IMG/VR virus record: IMGVR_UViG_3300010383_000023
Span: 1 to 26,302 of that record
Origin: a virus
Lineage: Duplodnaviria > Caudoviricetes
Length of the DNA stretch: 26,302 bases
Direction: 5' to 3' (one strand)
Made by a program: the position numbers and the translations under genes. The notes below the pieces were generated by a model. The model ran no database searches, was not told the origin of the DNA, and saw nothing but the letters and a program-made list of their open reading frames with translations. This document shows positions 8,977-16,682 of the stretch, in pieces. The first letter of the stretch is position 1, and every line of letters starts with the position of its first letter.

Positions 8977-9204
8977 ATGGCACGATCGCAATCCGCCGCG
9001 GCAGACACCGATTCCCCGATGGCAGTCGACGATCCGACATCGGCGTCCTCGCCACTACGCTTCGCCGCTCCGGCGCATGTCAGCGCGATCACTCTTTCGA
9101 CCGAGCGCAAGCTTCCGGTGGAGGATGGCGTGCTCATCGCGCCCGACGACTTGAGCGATGACGAGCGGCGCCAGATCGCATGTGCAGGCTTCACCGCGAT
9201 CTAG
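8977..9204 (+). CDS. Small phage hypothetical protein (75 aa)
   Basis: GGAGA RBS. C-terminal half resembles the 7287..7481 product. Confidence 0.7.
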   Translation: MARSQSAAADTDSPMAVDDPTSASSPLRFAAPAHVSAITLSTERKLPVEDGVLIAPDDLSDDERRQIACAGFTAI

Positions 9205-9235
9205 CTACCAACCGCTTTCAACCATGAGCGCTAAT

Positions 9236-9260
9236 GCCCGCTTCTTGCGGGCTTTTTTAT
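9236..9260 (+). terminator. Rho-independent terminator directly upstream of the major tail gene
   Basis: GCCCGC-TTCTT-GCGGGC followed by TTTTTTAT. Confidence 0.75.
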
Positions 9261-9272
9261 TGGAGAATTGGC

Positions 9273-10034
9273 ATGGCCATGTACAATTTCGGTGCCGGGG
9301 TGCTGTGGGGCACGCCGACCTTTGACGCGACGGGCGCGGCGATTGCCAACCCCACTCCCCTGATGCTGGCGGTGACGCAGGAAGTCTCGATCGACATTCA
9401 GGGCGATATCAAGGAGCTGTACGGCTCCAACCAGTTTCCGGTCGCGGTCGGCCGCGGCAAGATGAAGATCACCGGCAAGGCCAAGTACGGCCAGTTCAAC
9501 GGCGCGGTGATGAACAGCCTGTTCTTCGGCCAGACGGTGACGTCGAACCTTTACAGCATCGTCAACGACGTCACCGGCGCGACCATTCCGGCGACACCGT
9601 TCACGATCACTCCAACCGTGCCGGGCGGCGGAACCTGGGCCGGCGACCTGGGCGTGCGCGACGCCAGCGGCAACCCGATGACGCGCGTCGCCTCCGCCCC
9701 CACCGCAGGGCAGTATAGCGTCACCGCCGGGGCGTATCTGTTCGCAGCCGCCGATACCGGCAAGCTGGTCTTCATCAACTACAGCTACACCGCGACGTCC
9801 ACGGTCGCGAAGACCTCGATCGTACAGAACATCCAGATGGGGCAGGCGCCCACCTTCCGCGCCGATTTCTTCAACCAGCTTGGCGGTAACGGGCTGGCAT
9901 TGACCTTGTTCGCCTGCGTGTCGAACAAGCTCGCGCTGCAGACCAAGATCGACGACTTCATGATCCCGGAACTCGATTTCTCGGCGTTCGCCGATCCGTC
10001 GGGCAACGTGCTGAAATGGGGGTCGGCGCAGTAA
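9273..10034 (+). CDS. Major tail (tube) protein
   Basis: GGAGA RBS 6 nt before ATG 9273. Located before the chaperone and tape measure genes. Beta-rich sequence. No sheath gene in the window. Confidence 0.8.
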   Translation: MAMYNFGAGVLWGTPTFDATGAAIANPTPLMLAVTQEVSIDIQGDIKELYGSNQFPVAVGRGKMKITGKAKYGQFNGAVMNSLFFGQTVTSNLYSIVNDVTGATIPATPFTITPTVPGGGTWAGDLGVRDASGNPMTRVASAPTAGQYSVTAGAYLFAAADTGKLVFINYSYTATSTVAKTSIVQNIQMGQAPTFRADFFNQLGGNGLALTLFACVSNKLALQTKIDDFMIPELDFSAFADPSGNVLKWGSAQ

Positions 10035-10035
10035 G

Positions 10036-10410
10036 ATGGCTATCATCCACATCCTGGGGCGCGATTTCGCGATCGCACCCTACAAGCTTGGCGAGCTGCG
10101 ACGGGCCGCGCCGTTCATCGACAATATTCAGCGCAAGACCGACGGCAGCGGATCGCTGTCCGACTTGATGGACTCGGCGGTGGACCTGCTCAACGTTCTT
10201 TCGATCGGGCTGGTCAAGATCGATCCGGCACTGACCGCCGACTATCTGGAGGCGAACGTGTCGATGGACGAATTCGTGGGCCTTCAATCTGCTTTCCTCG
10301 ACCTGAGCGAGGAATCGGGGCTGAAGCGCAAGGGGGAAGCGACGGCTCCCACGGAAGCGGCGCCGCCGGGAGCCTCGAGCGCGATCTTGCCGAGCTCGTC
10401 CACGATCTGA
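10036..10410 (+). CDS. Tail assembly chaperone (lambda gpG analogue)
   Basis: Between the major tail and tape measure genes. Contains slippery G GGG GAA at 10332-10338. Confidence 0.8.
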   Translation: MAIIHILGRDFAIAPYKLGELRRAAPFIDNIQRKTDGSGSLSDLMDSAVDLLNVLSIGLVKIDPALTADYLEANVSMDEFVGLQSAFLDLSEESGLKRKGEATAPTEAAPPGASSAILPSSSTI

Positions 10411-10721
10411 TCGCTGCCGGAATCGAAGGCGGGTCGAAAGCCGCGCTCGAACGCGATTGGGCGCTGACCGATGTCGAGGCCCAATATCGGAGCTGGCGGC
10501 GGTCGGGCCCGCCACTCAATATCGCGGCGGTCGCGATCGCTCGCGCGCTGGGTGTCGATCTGATCGCCAGGGATGACAGCCGCTCGGTGGAGACGCGCGA
10601 TCTCTCGCCCGCGCAGCCGACGCTCGCGCGGCTGTCCGCCGACGTCGCGATGCCAGTTGCCGGCGGCGACACGGCAGCGGCGTCCCGGGCCATACTCCAG
10701 AAATTGAAGGACATGTCATGA
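10332..10721 (+). CDS. -1 frame extension of the tail assembly chaperone (gpT analogue)
   Basis: Hand translation of the -1 frame is open from the slippery site (GGSDGSHGSGAAGSLERDLAELVHDL...ILQKLKDMS*) to a TGA overlapping the tape measure ATG. No early ATG. Absent from the ORF track. Confidence 0.8.
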   Translation, partial: GGSDGSHGSGAAGSLERDLAELVHDLIAAGIEGGSKAALERDWALTDVEAQYRSWRRSGPPLNIAAVAIARALGVDLIARDDSRSVETRDLSPAQPTLARLSADVAMPVAGGDTAAASRAILQKLKDMS

Positions 10722-13420
10722 GCGATACCGTCTCCATCCGGATCACAGCCGACACATCCGGAATCGAGGCGGGTCTACAGGACGTCCGCGGCGGTCTGGG
10801 CGAGCTGAAAAGCACCGTTCAGGGTGCCGCGGACAGCATGAGCGAGGGCTTTGCCGGCGTGCGTGGCGCGGTCGAGCGCAATGCCCAATCGGTGGATATG
10901 CTGAGCGCCAGCATTCGCCAACTGAAACCGCAGGAGATCGTCAGCGGTCTGAATGACATGGCGAGCGCGCTGAAGGAAAACAGCGCGGCGTTGCAGGAGA
11001 TGGCGGCGAAATCGGGCGAGGGCAAAAGCGGGTTCGGCAAACTGGTCGAAGGGATCAAGGGCGCAGCGGGCGTCGCCGGCGATCTGTACGAGGTCGGCAA
11101 AAAGGCGGCCGAGGCGATCGTGGCGATGGGGGAATCGTCCGAAAAGGTCACCGTGCTTTCAAAGCAGCTCACCATGTCGACCCACCAGGTCCAGTTGTTG
11201 CAGGCCATGGCGAAAGCGACGGGAACCGACTTCACCAAGCTGTCGCAGAGCACCGCGGCGCTGGACAAGAATTTCGCCAAGAGTCCCGACGCTTTCAAGA
11301 AGCTGGGCATCGATATCAAGGCAGGGTCGGATCAGATGACGATCCTGACCACCGTCGCCGACAAGTTCGCCAAGACGGCCGATGGTCCGCAAAAGACCGC
11401 GATGGCGATCAAGCTGATGGGCAAGGCCGGCGCCGAGGCGATCCCGTTCCTCAACCAGGGCGGCGCGGCGATTTCCGACCTGGCAAAGAAGAGCGAATCC
11501 TACGGCGCGGTCAATGACGAGGCGATCAAGCGCGGGACCAAGTTGGGCGAGTCCGTCAACGAGGCTCAGCTGGCCTGGACCGGCATGGGGAATGTGCTGA
11601 CCGACGCGCTGGCGCCCGTGCTGACCGAAATCGTCGACGGCTTCACCGCCCTCGTGAAAGCCTGTGTCGACAGCTACAATTCGGGCGGCGTGGTCGCGGT
11701 GATCTTTCAGACGATCGTCGGCGTGGTCGAGCGCGTCGGCATCGAGATCAATGCATTGGCTGGAATCTTCCAGGCGCTGTGGGACGCAGTCGTCGATATC
11801 GTCGGAGCCCTGGTCAGCGACATCAGCGATGCTTTCGGGGTGAAGACGCCGCACGCGACCAAAATGGCGGAAATCGCGCTCAACCTGTTCAAGGATGCCT
11901 GGGCAATCCTGCAGGACGGTATCACGATCGTCATCCAGGTGATCAAGGGCCTGATCATCGGGTTCATCGACCGACTGACCATGATGGGCACGATCGCGCG
12001 CGATGTGTTTACGCTGAATTGGGGTGCGATTCAGGGAGACTGGCAGTCGGGACTGGATCGCATCCAAAAACACGCGATCGAGACGGCAGCGCAGATCAAG
12101 GCTGCCTATGCCGACCTGGCGAAGACCGTGGCAGCAGCGGCGAAAGGCGAAGCCCTTCCCGCCCCGGTCGCTCCGTCGCGGGGGATCGGACACGTGGCGG
12201 CCCCGGACAGCGGGAACACGGGGAACACGGGCACCGGAAACAACCGCTCGTCCGGTCGGGGCGGTGGTGGAAGGAGGAACCGACCCGCCGATACCCGGAA
12301 CGACGCCAAAGGCACCACGCCCATCGGTGAAAAGGCGAAGGACGCTGGCCAAGCCGACAAACAGATCGTTGACTCAGCGAGCAAAACCGCGAGCGACGTC
12401 GGCAAGATCGACGACAAGGCAATCGACGAATTTGAAAAGAAGCAGCAGGAACGCGTCGATGCCGTCCAGAGTTCTGACGAGTATCTGGTGCAGCTGGGGG
12501 TGAAGACCCAGGGCCAGTTGCTGCAGAACCAAATTGAAGCTGTGCAGGAGAGAGAACGGGCGGAGGAGGCGTTTTACGCCGGCCAAAAAGAGCGGTACGC
12601 GAAGGATAAAGCCGCATTGGACGCGCTGGAAAAGAGACACGTCGCCGCCGTTAAAGCCTCTGAGGACAAAATCACCGAACTGAAACGAAAGGCCGAAGTT
12701 CAGCGCACGCAACTCACGCGCCAGGCGATCGGCCAGATTGCCTCTTCCTGGGGTAGCGCGATCGGTAAGATGCTCACGCTGCAACAGGGGTTCGGCGCAA
12801 CGATCAAATCCATGTGGCAAAGCGTGCAGCAAGCGATCGGCGATGCCGTGGCGAAGATCATCGAAAACTGGCTGTCGAAGGAGATGACCGCTCTCGCGGT
12901 AAAGCTCGGCCTGATCAAAGTGCAACAAAAGAATACGATTACAGCCGAAGCCGCCGCAGCCGGTGCCGGCGGCACCGCGTCGATGGCGGCTGCCCCCTTC
13001 CCCATGAACCTGAGCGCGATACCGTTCGGCCAGGCGATGTCCACCGCAGCCCTTTCCTATGGGACGATGGCGGCACTGAACGTCGGAGCCTACGATCTCA
13101 GCGGCGATGGCATTGCCATGCTTCACAAAGGCGAGACGGTCATTCCAGCGGACCAGGCCGGTGGGTGGCGTAACGTGATGGGGCTGTTCGCATCGATGCC
13201 CAGCCTTGGGGTGCCGTCGCCAGGTTTAGCGTTCGCCGCCAATGGCAACACGCCGGCCGCGGCAAATGACTCGCGATCGGTAGGCGGCGGATATCATTAT
13301 CACGACCACAGCGCGCGCGGCCTGAGCGAAAGCCAGATCATCGCCAATCGCAACGCCTTCGCCAAGGCCATGAAGATGGCGCACCGCGAGGGTAAGCTGG
13401 GCTTTTCGCTACCGGGTTGA
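10718..13420 (+). CDS. Tape measure protein (900 aa)
   Basis: Long A/G-rich helical protein after the chaperones. MSDTVSIRITADTS start, hydrophobic central segment and C-terminal LHKGETVIP motif. Confidence 0.9.
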   Translation: MSDTVSIRITADTSGIEAGLQDVRGGLGELKSTVQGAADSMSEGFAGVRGAVERNAQSVDMLSASIRQLKPQEIVSGLNDMASALKENSAALQEMAAKSGEGKSGFGKLVEGIKGAAGVAGDLYEVGKKAAEAIVAMGESSEKVTVLSKQLTMSTHQVQLLQAMAKATGTDFTKLSQSTAALDKNFAKSPDAFKKLGIDIKAGSDQMTILTTVADKFAKTADGPQKTAMAIKLMGKAGAEAIPFLNQGGAAISDLAKKSESYGAVNDEAIKRGTKLGESVNEAQLAWTGMGNVLTDALAPVLTEIVDGFTALVKACVDSYNSGGVVAVIFQTIVGVVERVGIEINALAGIFQALWDAVVDIVGALVSDISDAFGVKTPHATKMAEIALNLFKDAWAILQDGITIVIQVIKGLIIGFIDRLTMMGTIARDVFTLNWGAIQGDWQSGLDRIQKHAIETAAQIKAAYADLAKTVAAAAKGEALPAPVAPSRGIGHVAAPDSGNTGNTGTGNNRSSGRGGGGRRNRPADTRNDAKGTTPIGEKAKDAGQADKQIVDSASKTASDVGKIDDKAIDEFEKKQQERVDAVQSSDEYLVQLGVKTQGQLLQNQIEAVQERERAEEAFYAGQKERYAKDKAALDALEKRHVAAVKASEDKITELKRKAEVQRTQLTRQAIGQIASSWGSAIGKMLTLQQGFGATIKSMWQSVQQAIGDAVAKIIENWLSKEMTALAVKLGLIKVQQKNTITAEAAAAGAGGTASMAAAPFPMNLSAIPFGQAMSTAALSYGTMAALNVGAYDLSGDGIAMLHKGETVIPADQAGGWRNVMGLFASMPSLGVPSPGLAFAANGNTPAAANDSRSVGGGYHYHDHSARGLSESQIIANRNAFAKAMKMAHREGKLGFSLPG

Positions 13421-13458
13421 GGATGGACGTAGACGCGCCTGAAGCAGGCTCGATGGCG

Positions 13459-14160
13459 TCATAAAGTGAACCTGAGCGAGCTCCCGTTTCCCATCGACCG
13501 GGAATATTGGCTGCTCGATGCGACGGACATGGTCACGCCGCAGATCTTCATATTGCCGGTGAGTAGCGCGTAACGGAAAGCGTCGCGGCCGCGGTCGACG
13601 TAATCCGTGCTGGATTGCCGCTGTATCGCGTCATAGCGCCGGTAGAAGGCAATCCGATCGGTCCCCACACAGGCCGAGCCCAGCACAGCCGTGGCTAGCT
13701 CGAAAACGCGGGTTGCATCCCAGTCTCTCTCGGTATGGGCGAAGAGCGGACTTTCGTTGAGCGAGAAATATATATTGTCGACATGTGCGCCGTCACCGAG
13801 ATCGATGTGGGCGTAGACATCGTCATCATCGACAAGATCGCTGTTCGTGGCATTGAACCTAATCCGAAAGCTCATCGTTGCCGAAACAGCGCGACCATAG
13901 ATGTCGCGACCGGCCGGTGCCGGTAGCTCGAAAGACCCGCCTAATTCCGCCGTAGGCGGAACGCCAAGACTGAGGCTGGCAAGGCACGTAACGGCATCGG
14001 CACCGAGACACTTCCTGCCTTGCGGGTCGACACGCAATTGCGCGATCCGCGCCTTGATCACTGCTATCGGGTCGGTCTTCTTGTCCTCTTTGCGGGCCAG
14101 CGCGGGCGAAGCCGTCCCGACCGCCAGCATTGCCAACAATGCCACAGCGTACCGCAGCAG
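13459..14160 (-). CDS. Secreted or periplasmic hypothetical protein, moron (start uncertain)
   Basis: Signal peptide LLRYAVALLAMLAVGTASPALA-R begins just after GGGAAGAG (14170-14163). Start may be CTG 14160/14157, GTG 14145 or ATG 14130. Four Cys in the mature part. Confidence 0.7.
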   Translation of the reverse strand: MLRYAVALLAMLAVGTASPALARKEDKKTDPIAVIKARIAQLRVDPQGRKCLGADAVTCLASLSLGVPPTAELGGSFELPAPAGRDIYGRAVSATMSFRIRFNATNSDLVDDDDVYAHIDLGDGAHVDNIYFSLNESPLFAHTERDWDATRVFELATAVLGSACVGTDRIAFYRRYDAIQRQSSTDYVDRGRDAFRYALLTGNMKICGVTMSVASSSQYSRSMGNGSSLRFTL

Positions 14161-14303
14161 GACTCTTCCCGCCGCGCATTTCGATGCGAACCCGACCTTC
14201 GTGCCAGCGGTGCCTGACCCTCGCTGAATTAGTCGGAATCGGGACTTGCTTGCAGCGCCGAAACGATGGGCAGCCTTTCGAAACGCCCGGCAAGCGGACT
14301 CGG

Positions 14304-14471
14304 TCAGGTCGTGAAAAGGAAATTGCATTGGCGGCAAGCCGTCGGCTTGCGGCCGGTCAGCAGGATTAGCAGGCCGATCGGAAAGAACAGGATCGCCACC
14401 AGGATCTTTAGGAATCCGAACCCCGCACGCGGTGTCGTGGCATGGCATTGCGGACATGAAATCAGAGCCAT
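14304..14471 (-). CDS. 55-aa CxxC-hydrophobic-CxxC membrane-associated zinc-ribbon microprotein (LITAF/BRI3-like layout)
   Basis: Hand translation: MALISCPQCHATTPRAGFGFLKILVAILFFPIGLLILLTGRKPTACRQCNFLFTT*. RBS AAAAGGGGGA 9 nt upstream. Shorter than any ORF in the track. Confidence 0.8.
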   Translation of the reverse strand: MALISCPQCHATTPRAGFGFLKILVAILFFPIGLLILLTGRKPTACRQCNFLFTT

Positions 14472-14586
14472 TGAAATACTTCCCCCTTTTCATTCTCAGT
14501 GCGCCAGCCAGACGGCCGCCGTCAATATCGAAAACACGGACGTCATTGCGCACATCCTTGAAACCACAGCTGAATTGTTGGCCGCC

Positions 14587-14614
14587 AAGCTAGCATCCTG
14601 CGATGGCCGCACAA
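14587..14614 (-). promoter_or_regulatory. Putative sigma70 promoter for the 14471/14160 moron
   Basis: Minus strand reads TTGTGC-N16-TAGCTT with TGC immediately before the -10. Confidence 0.45.
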
Positions 14615-14731
14615 GGTGGCCGGCCGACCGATAGCTCCAATTCGGATGCGATCGCGCTCGCCAGAGCAACGGCGACACTCTTGCGCCGGGCACATTCACC
14701 GTACGCGCAGCTCATTCGATTGGAGACGAGA

Positions 14732-15388
14732 TTGCCCACGCTCTATCTGCCGGCACGCTGGCTCGTCACGGCCGATCCGTCGATCGACGACCCGGACGTG
14801 TTCCCGACGCTGATCGGGCAATCCTTCCTGGTCGCGAAGACGCCGACATGGTCGACGAAGATCGCGACGGCGTCGTCCGGCCGCGAGCGGCGGCGCAAGA
14901 GCTGGTCGTATCCGCGCTGGCAGTTCAAGGTATCGTACGAGGTGCTGCGCGACCTTCCGGCCACGCCCGACCTCGAACGCCTGGCCGCGTTCTTCCTGCT
15001 GCACGCCGGGCAATATCAGGAATTCTTTTTCTTCGATCCCGGCGACAACACAGTCGCCGGCCAGCGGTTCGGCGTCGGCGACGGAATCACGACATCTTTC
15101 CAGCTCAGCCGGAGCCTGGCGTTCGGCAGCGCGACCTTCACCGAGCCGGTCGGCAGCGTGCTCGGAACGCCGACCGTGTTCGCCGACGCCAGCCCCGTCG
15201 CGAGCTTCACTATTGGACCGCGCGGATCGATCACCTTCGCCAGTCCGCCCGCCGCCGGCCAGGTGCTGACCTGGACCGGGCGCTTCCTGTTCGTGTGCCG
15301 CTTCGACGACGACGCGCTCGAGCTCAACCAGATGATGCAGAGCCTGTGGTCGCAGGACGGGCTCTCCTTCACCACGACCAAGGGCTGA
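14732..15388 (+). CDS. DUF2460-like distal tail protein (RcGTA g12-like)
   Basis: TTG start at 14732 after GGAG. Motifs PTWSTKIATASSGRERR, FFFFDPGD, FGVGDG, ITFASPPAAG and CRFDDD. Confidence 0.85.
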   Translation: MPTLYLPARWLVTADPSIDDPDVFPTLIGQSFLVAKTPTWSTKIATASSGRERRRKSWSYPRWQFKVSYEVLRDLPATPDLERLAAFFLLHAGQYQEFFFFDPGDNTVAGQRFGVGDGITTSFQLSRSLAFGSATFTEPVGSVLGTPTVFADASPVASFTIGPRGSITFASPPAAGQVLTWTGRFLFVCRFDDDALELNQMMQSLWSQDGLSFTTTKG

Positions 15389-15390
15389 CG

Positions 15391-16257
15391 ATGAAAGCTG
15401 CCTCGCCTGCGTTGATCGCGTTGCTCAACAGCGGCGCGGACTTTCAGATGGTCGATCTGTGGACGATCACGCTGGTCGGTGGTGCCGTCCTCAGATGGTC
15501 GGGCGGTGACGTGCCGATCGTGTCGGGTGGCCACACCTATGCGCTTGGCCCGATGATCGAGCGGCAGGACATCAGCGAGAAGATCGGGCTCGATGTCACC
15601 ACCGTCGATATGGCGATCACGGCTAGTCCGGACGACTTGATCAATGGGGTTCCGATCATTCCGTTCATCCGGGGGCATGGCTTCGATGGGGCGAACGTCC
15701 GGCTGGATCGTGCCTTCCTGACCGACTGGAGCCTGCCGGTGGTCGGCACGGTGCTGAGGTTTTCCGGGCGCGTCACGGCGATCAGCGCGATGACCGGCGA
15801 CGGCGCGACGATCACGGTGTCGTCCTGGACCGTCCTTCTCAACGCCAACATGCCAGCCAACCTCTATCAGGCGGCCTGCCTCCATGCGGTCTATGACGCC
15901 GGCTGCGCGCTCGATCCGGCGACCTTCGCCGTGACGGGCATGGTCGGCGCGTCGCCGGTCCCGACGCGCACGGTCTTCGATACCAATCTGACGCCGGCCG
16001 CCAACGACTTCGCGCAGGGGCGCATCGTCTTCACGTCCGGGCCGAACACCGGGATCTCGGCGACGATCATGTCGAACGATGGGGCGGGCCTGTTCCAGCT
16101 CGTCTCGCCCCTCCCTGCACTGCCGGTCGCGGGCAACACGTTTACCGCCTATCCGGGGTGCGACCTGACGCAGAGCCGGTGTTCGGTCCGCTTCAACAAT
16201 CTCGGGCGGTTCAAGGCGACCCCCTATGTCCCGGTGCCGGAGACCGCGTTCGGATGA
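15391..16257 (+). CDS. DUF2163/BR0599-like tail hub protein (RcGTA g13-like)
   Basis: ATG 2 nt after the previous stop. Cys motifs CLHAVYDAGC and GCDLTQSRCSVRFNN..F...PYVP. Confidence 0.88.
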   Translation: MKAASPALIALLNSGADFQMVDLWTITLVGGAVLRWSGGDVPIVSGGHTYALGPMIERQDISEKIGLDVTTVDMAITASPDDLINGVPIIPFIRGHGFDGANVRLDRAFLTDWSLPVVGTVLRFSGRVTAISAMTGDGATITVSSWTVLLNANMPANLYQAACLHAVYDAGCALDPATFAVTGMVGASPVPTRTVFDTNLTPAANDFAQGRIVFTSGPNTGISATIMSNDGAGLFQLVSPLPALPVAGNTFTAYPGCDLTQSRCSVRFNNLGRFKATPYVPVPETAFG

Positions 16258-16682
16258 CACGCGAGGAGGTAGTGCGCGAGGCACTCGGCTGGGAAGGAAC
16301 GCCGTATCACCACCGGGCGCGGTTACGTGGCGTCGGCGCGGACTGCGCGATGCTGCCGGCGGCGGTCTATGAAGCGGTGGGGCTGATCCCGCGGATCGAG
16401 CCCGATTACTCGCCGCAATGGATGCTGCATCGCGACGAGGAGCAGTTCCTCGGCTGGGTCACGCGGTTCGCGCGCGAGATAGCGCGCGACTTGGTCGGAC
16501 CCGGGGATCTCGCGATCTGGAAATATGGTCGCTGCTATTCGCATGCGGCGATCGTCATCGACCTGCCCGAAGTGCTGCACGCCGTGATCCGCGGTGGCGG
16601 CGTGGTGCGCGGAAACGCCGACCGCGACGAGGAGCTGCGCTCCCGGCCGGTCAAGTTCTTCACCCTGTTCGAGGATCAATGA
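16254..16682 (+). CDS. NlpC/P60-family tail-associated peptidase
   Basis: ATGA overlap. Motifs WEGTPYHH, GADC, PGD and HAAI..HA. Confidence 0.9.
   Translation: MTREEVVREALGWEGTPYHHRARLRGVGADCAMLPAAVYEAVGLIPRIEPDYSPQWMLHRDEEQFLGWVTRFAREIARDLVGPGDLAIWKYGRCYSHAAIVIDLPEVLHAVIRGGGVVRGNADRDEELRSRPVKFFTLFEDQ

Noticed and set aside
12212-12229. GGGAACACG tandem duplication in the tape measure gene
   Set aside because: Two in-frame 9-bp copies in a low-complexity linker. Too short to imply phase variation.
13437-13449. GCCTG-AAG-CAGGC hairpin between convergent genes
   Set aside because: Only a 5-bp stem with no U-tract on either strand.
14161-14553. N-terminal 130 aa of the 364-aa ORF 13459..14553
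   Set aside because: It would bury the signal peptide internally, and it overlaps the better-supported 55-aa ORF in another frame.
14603-16678. Upstream extensions of the ORFs starting at 14603, 14848, 16158 and 16418
   Set aside because: They overlap neighbouring genes or promoters. RBS position and stop/start coupling favour 14732, 15391, 16254 and 16679.
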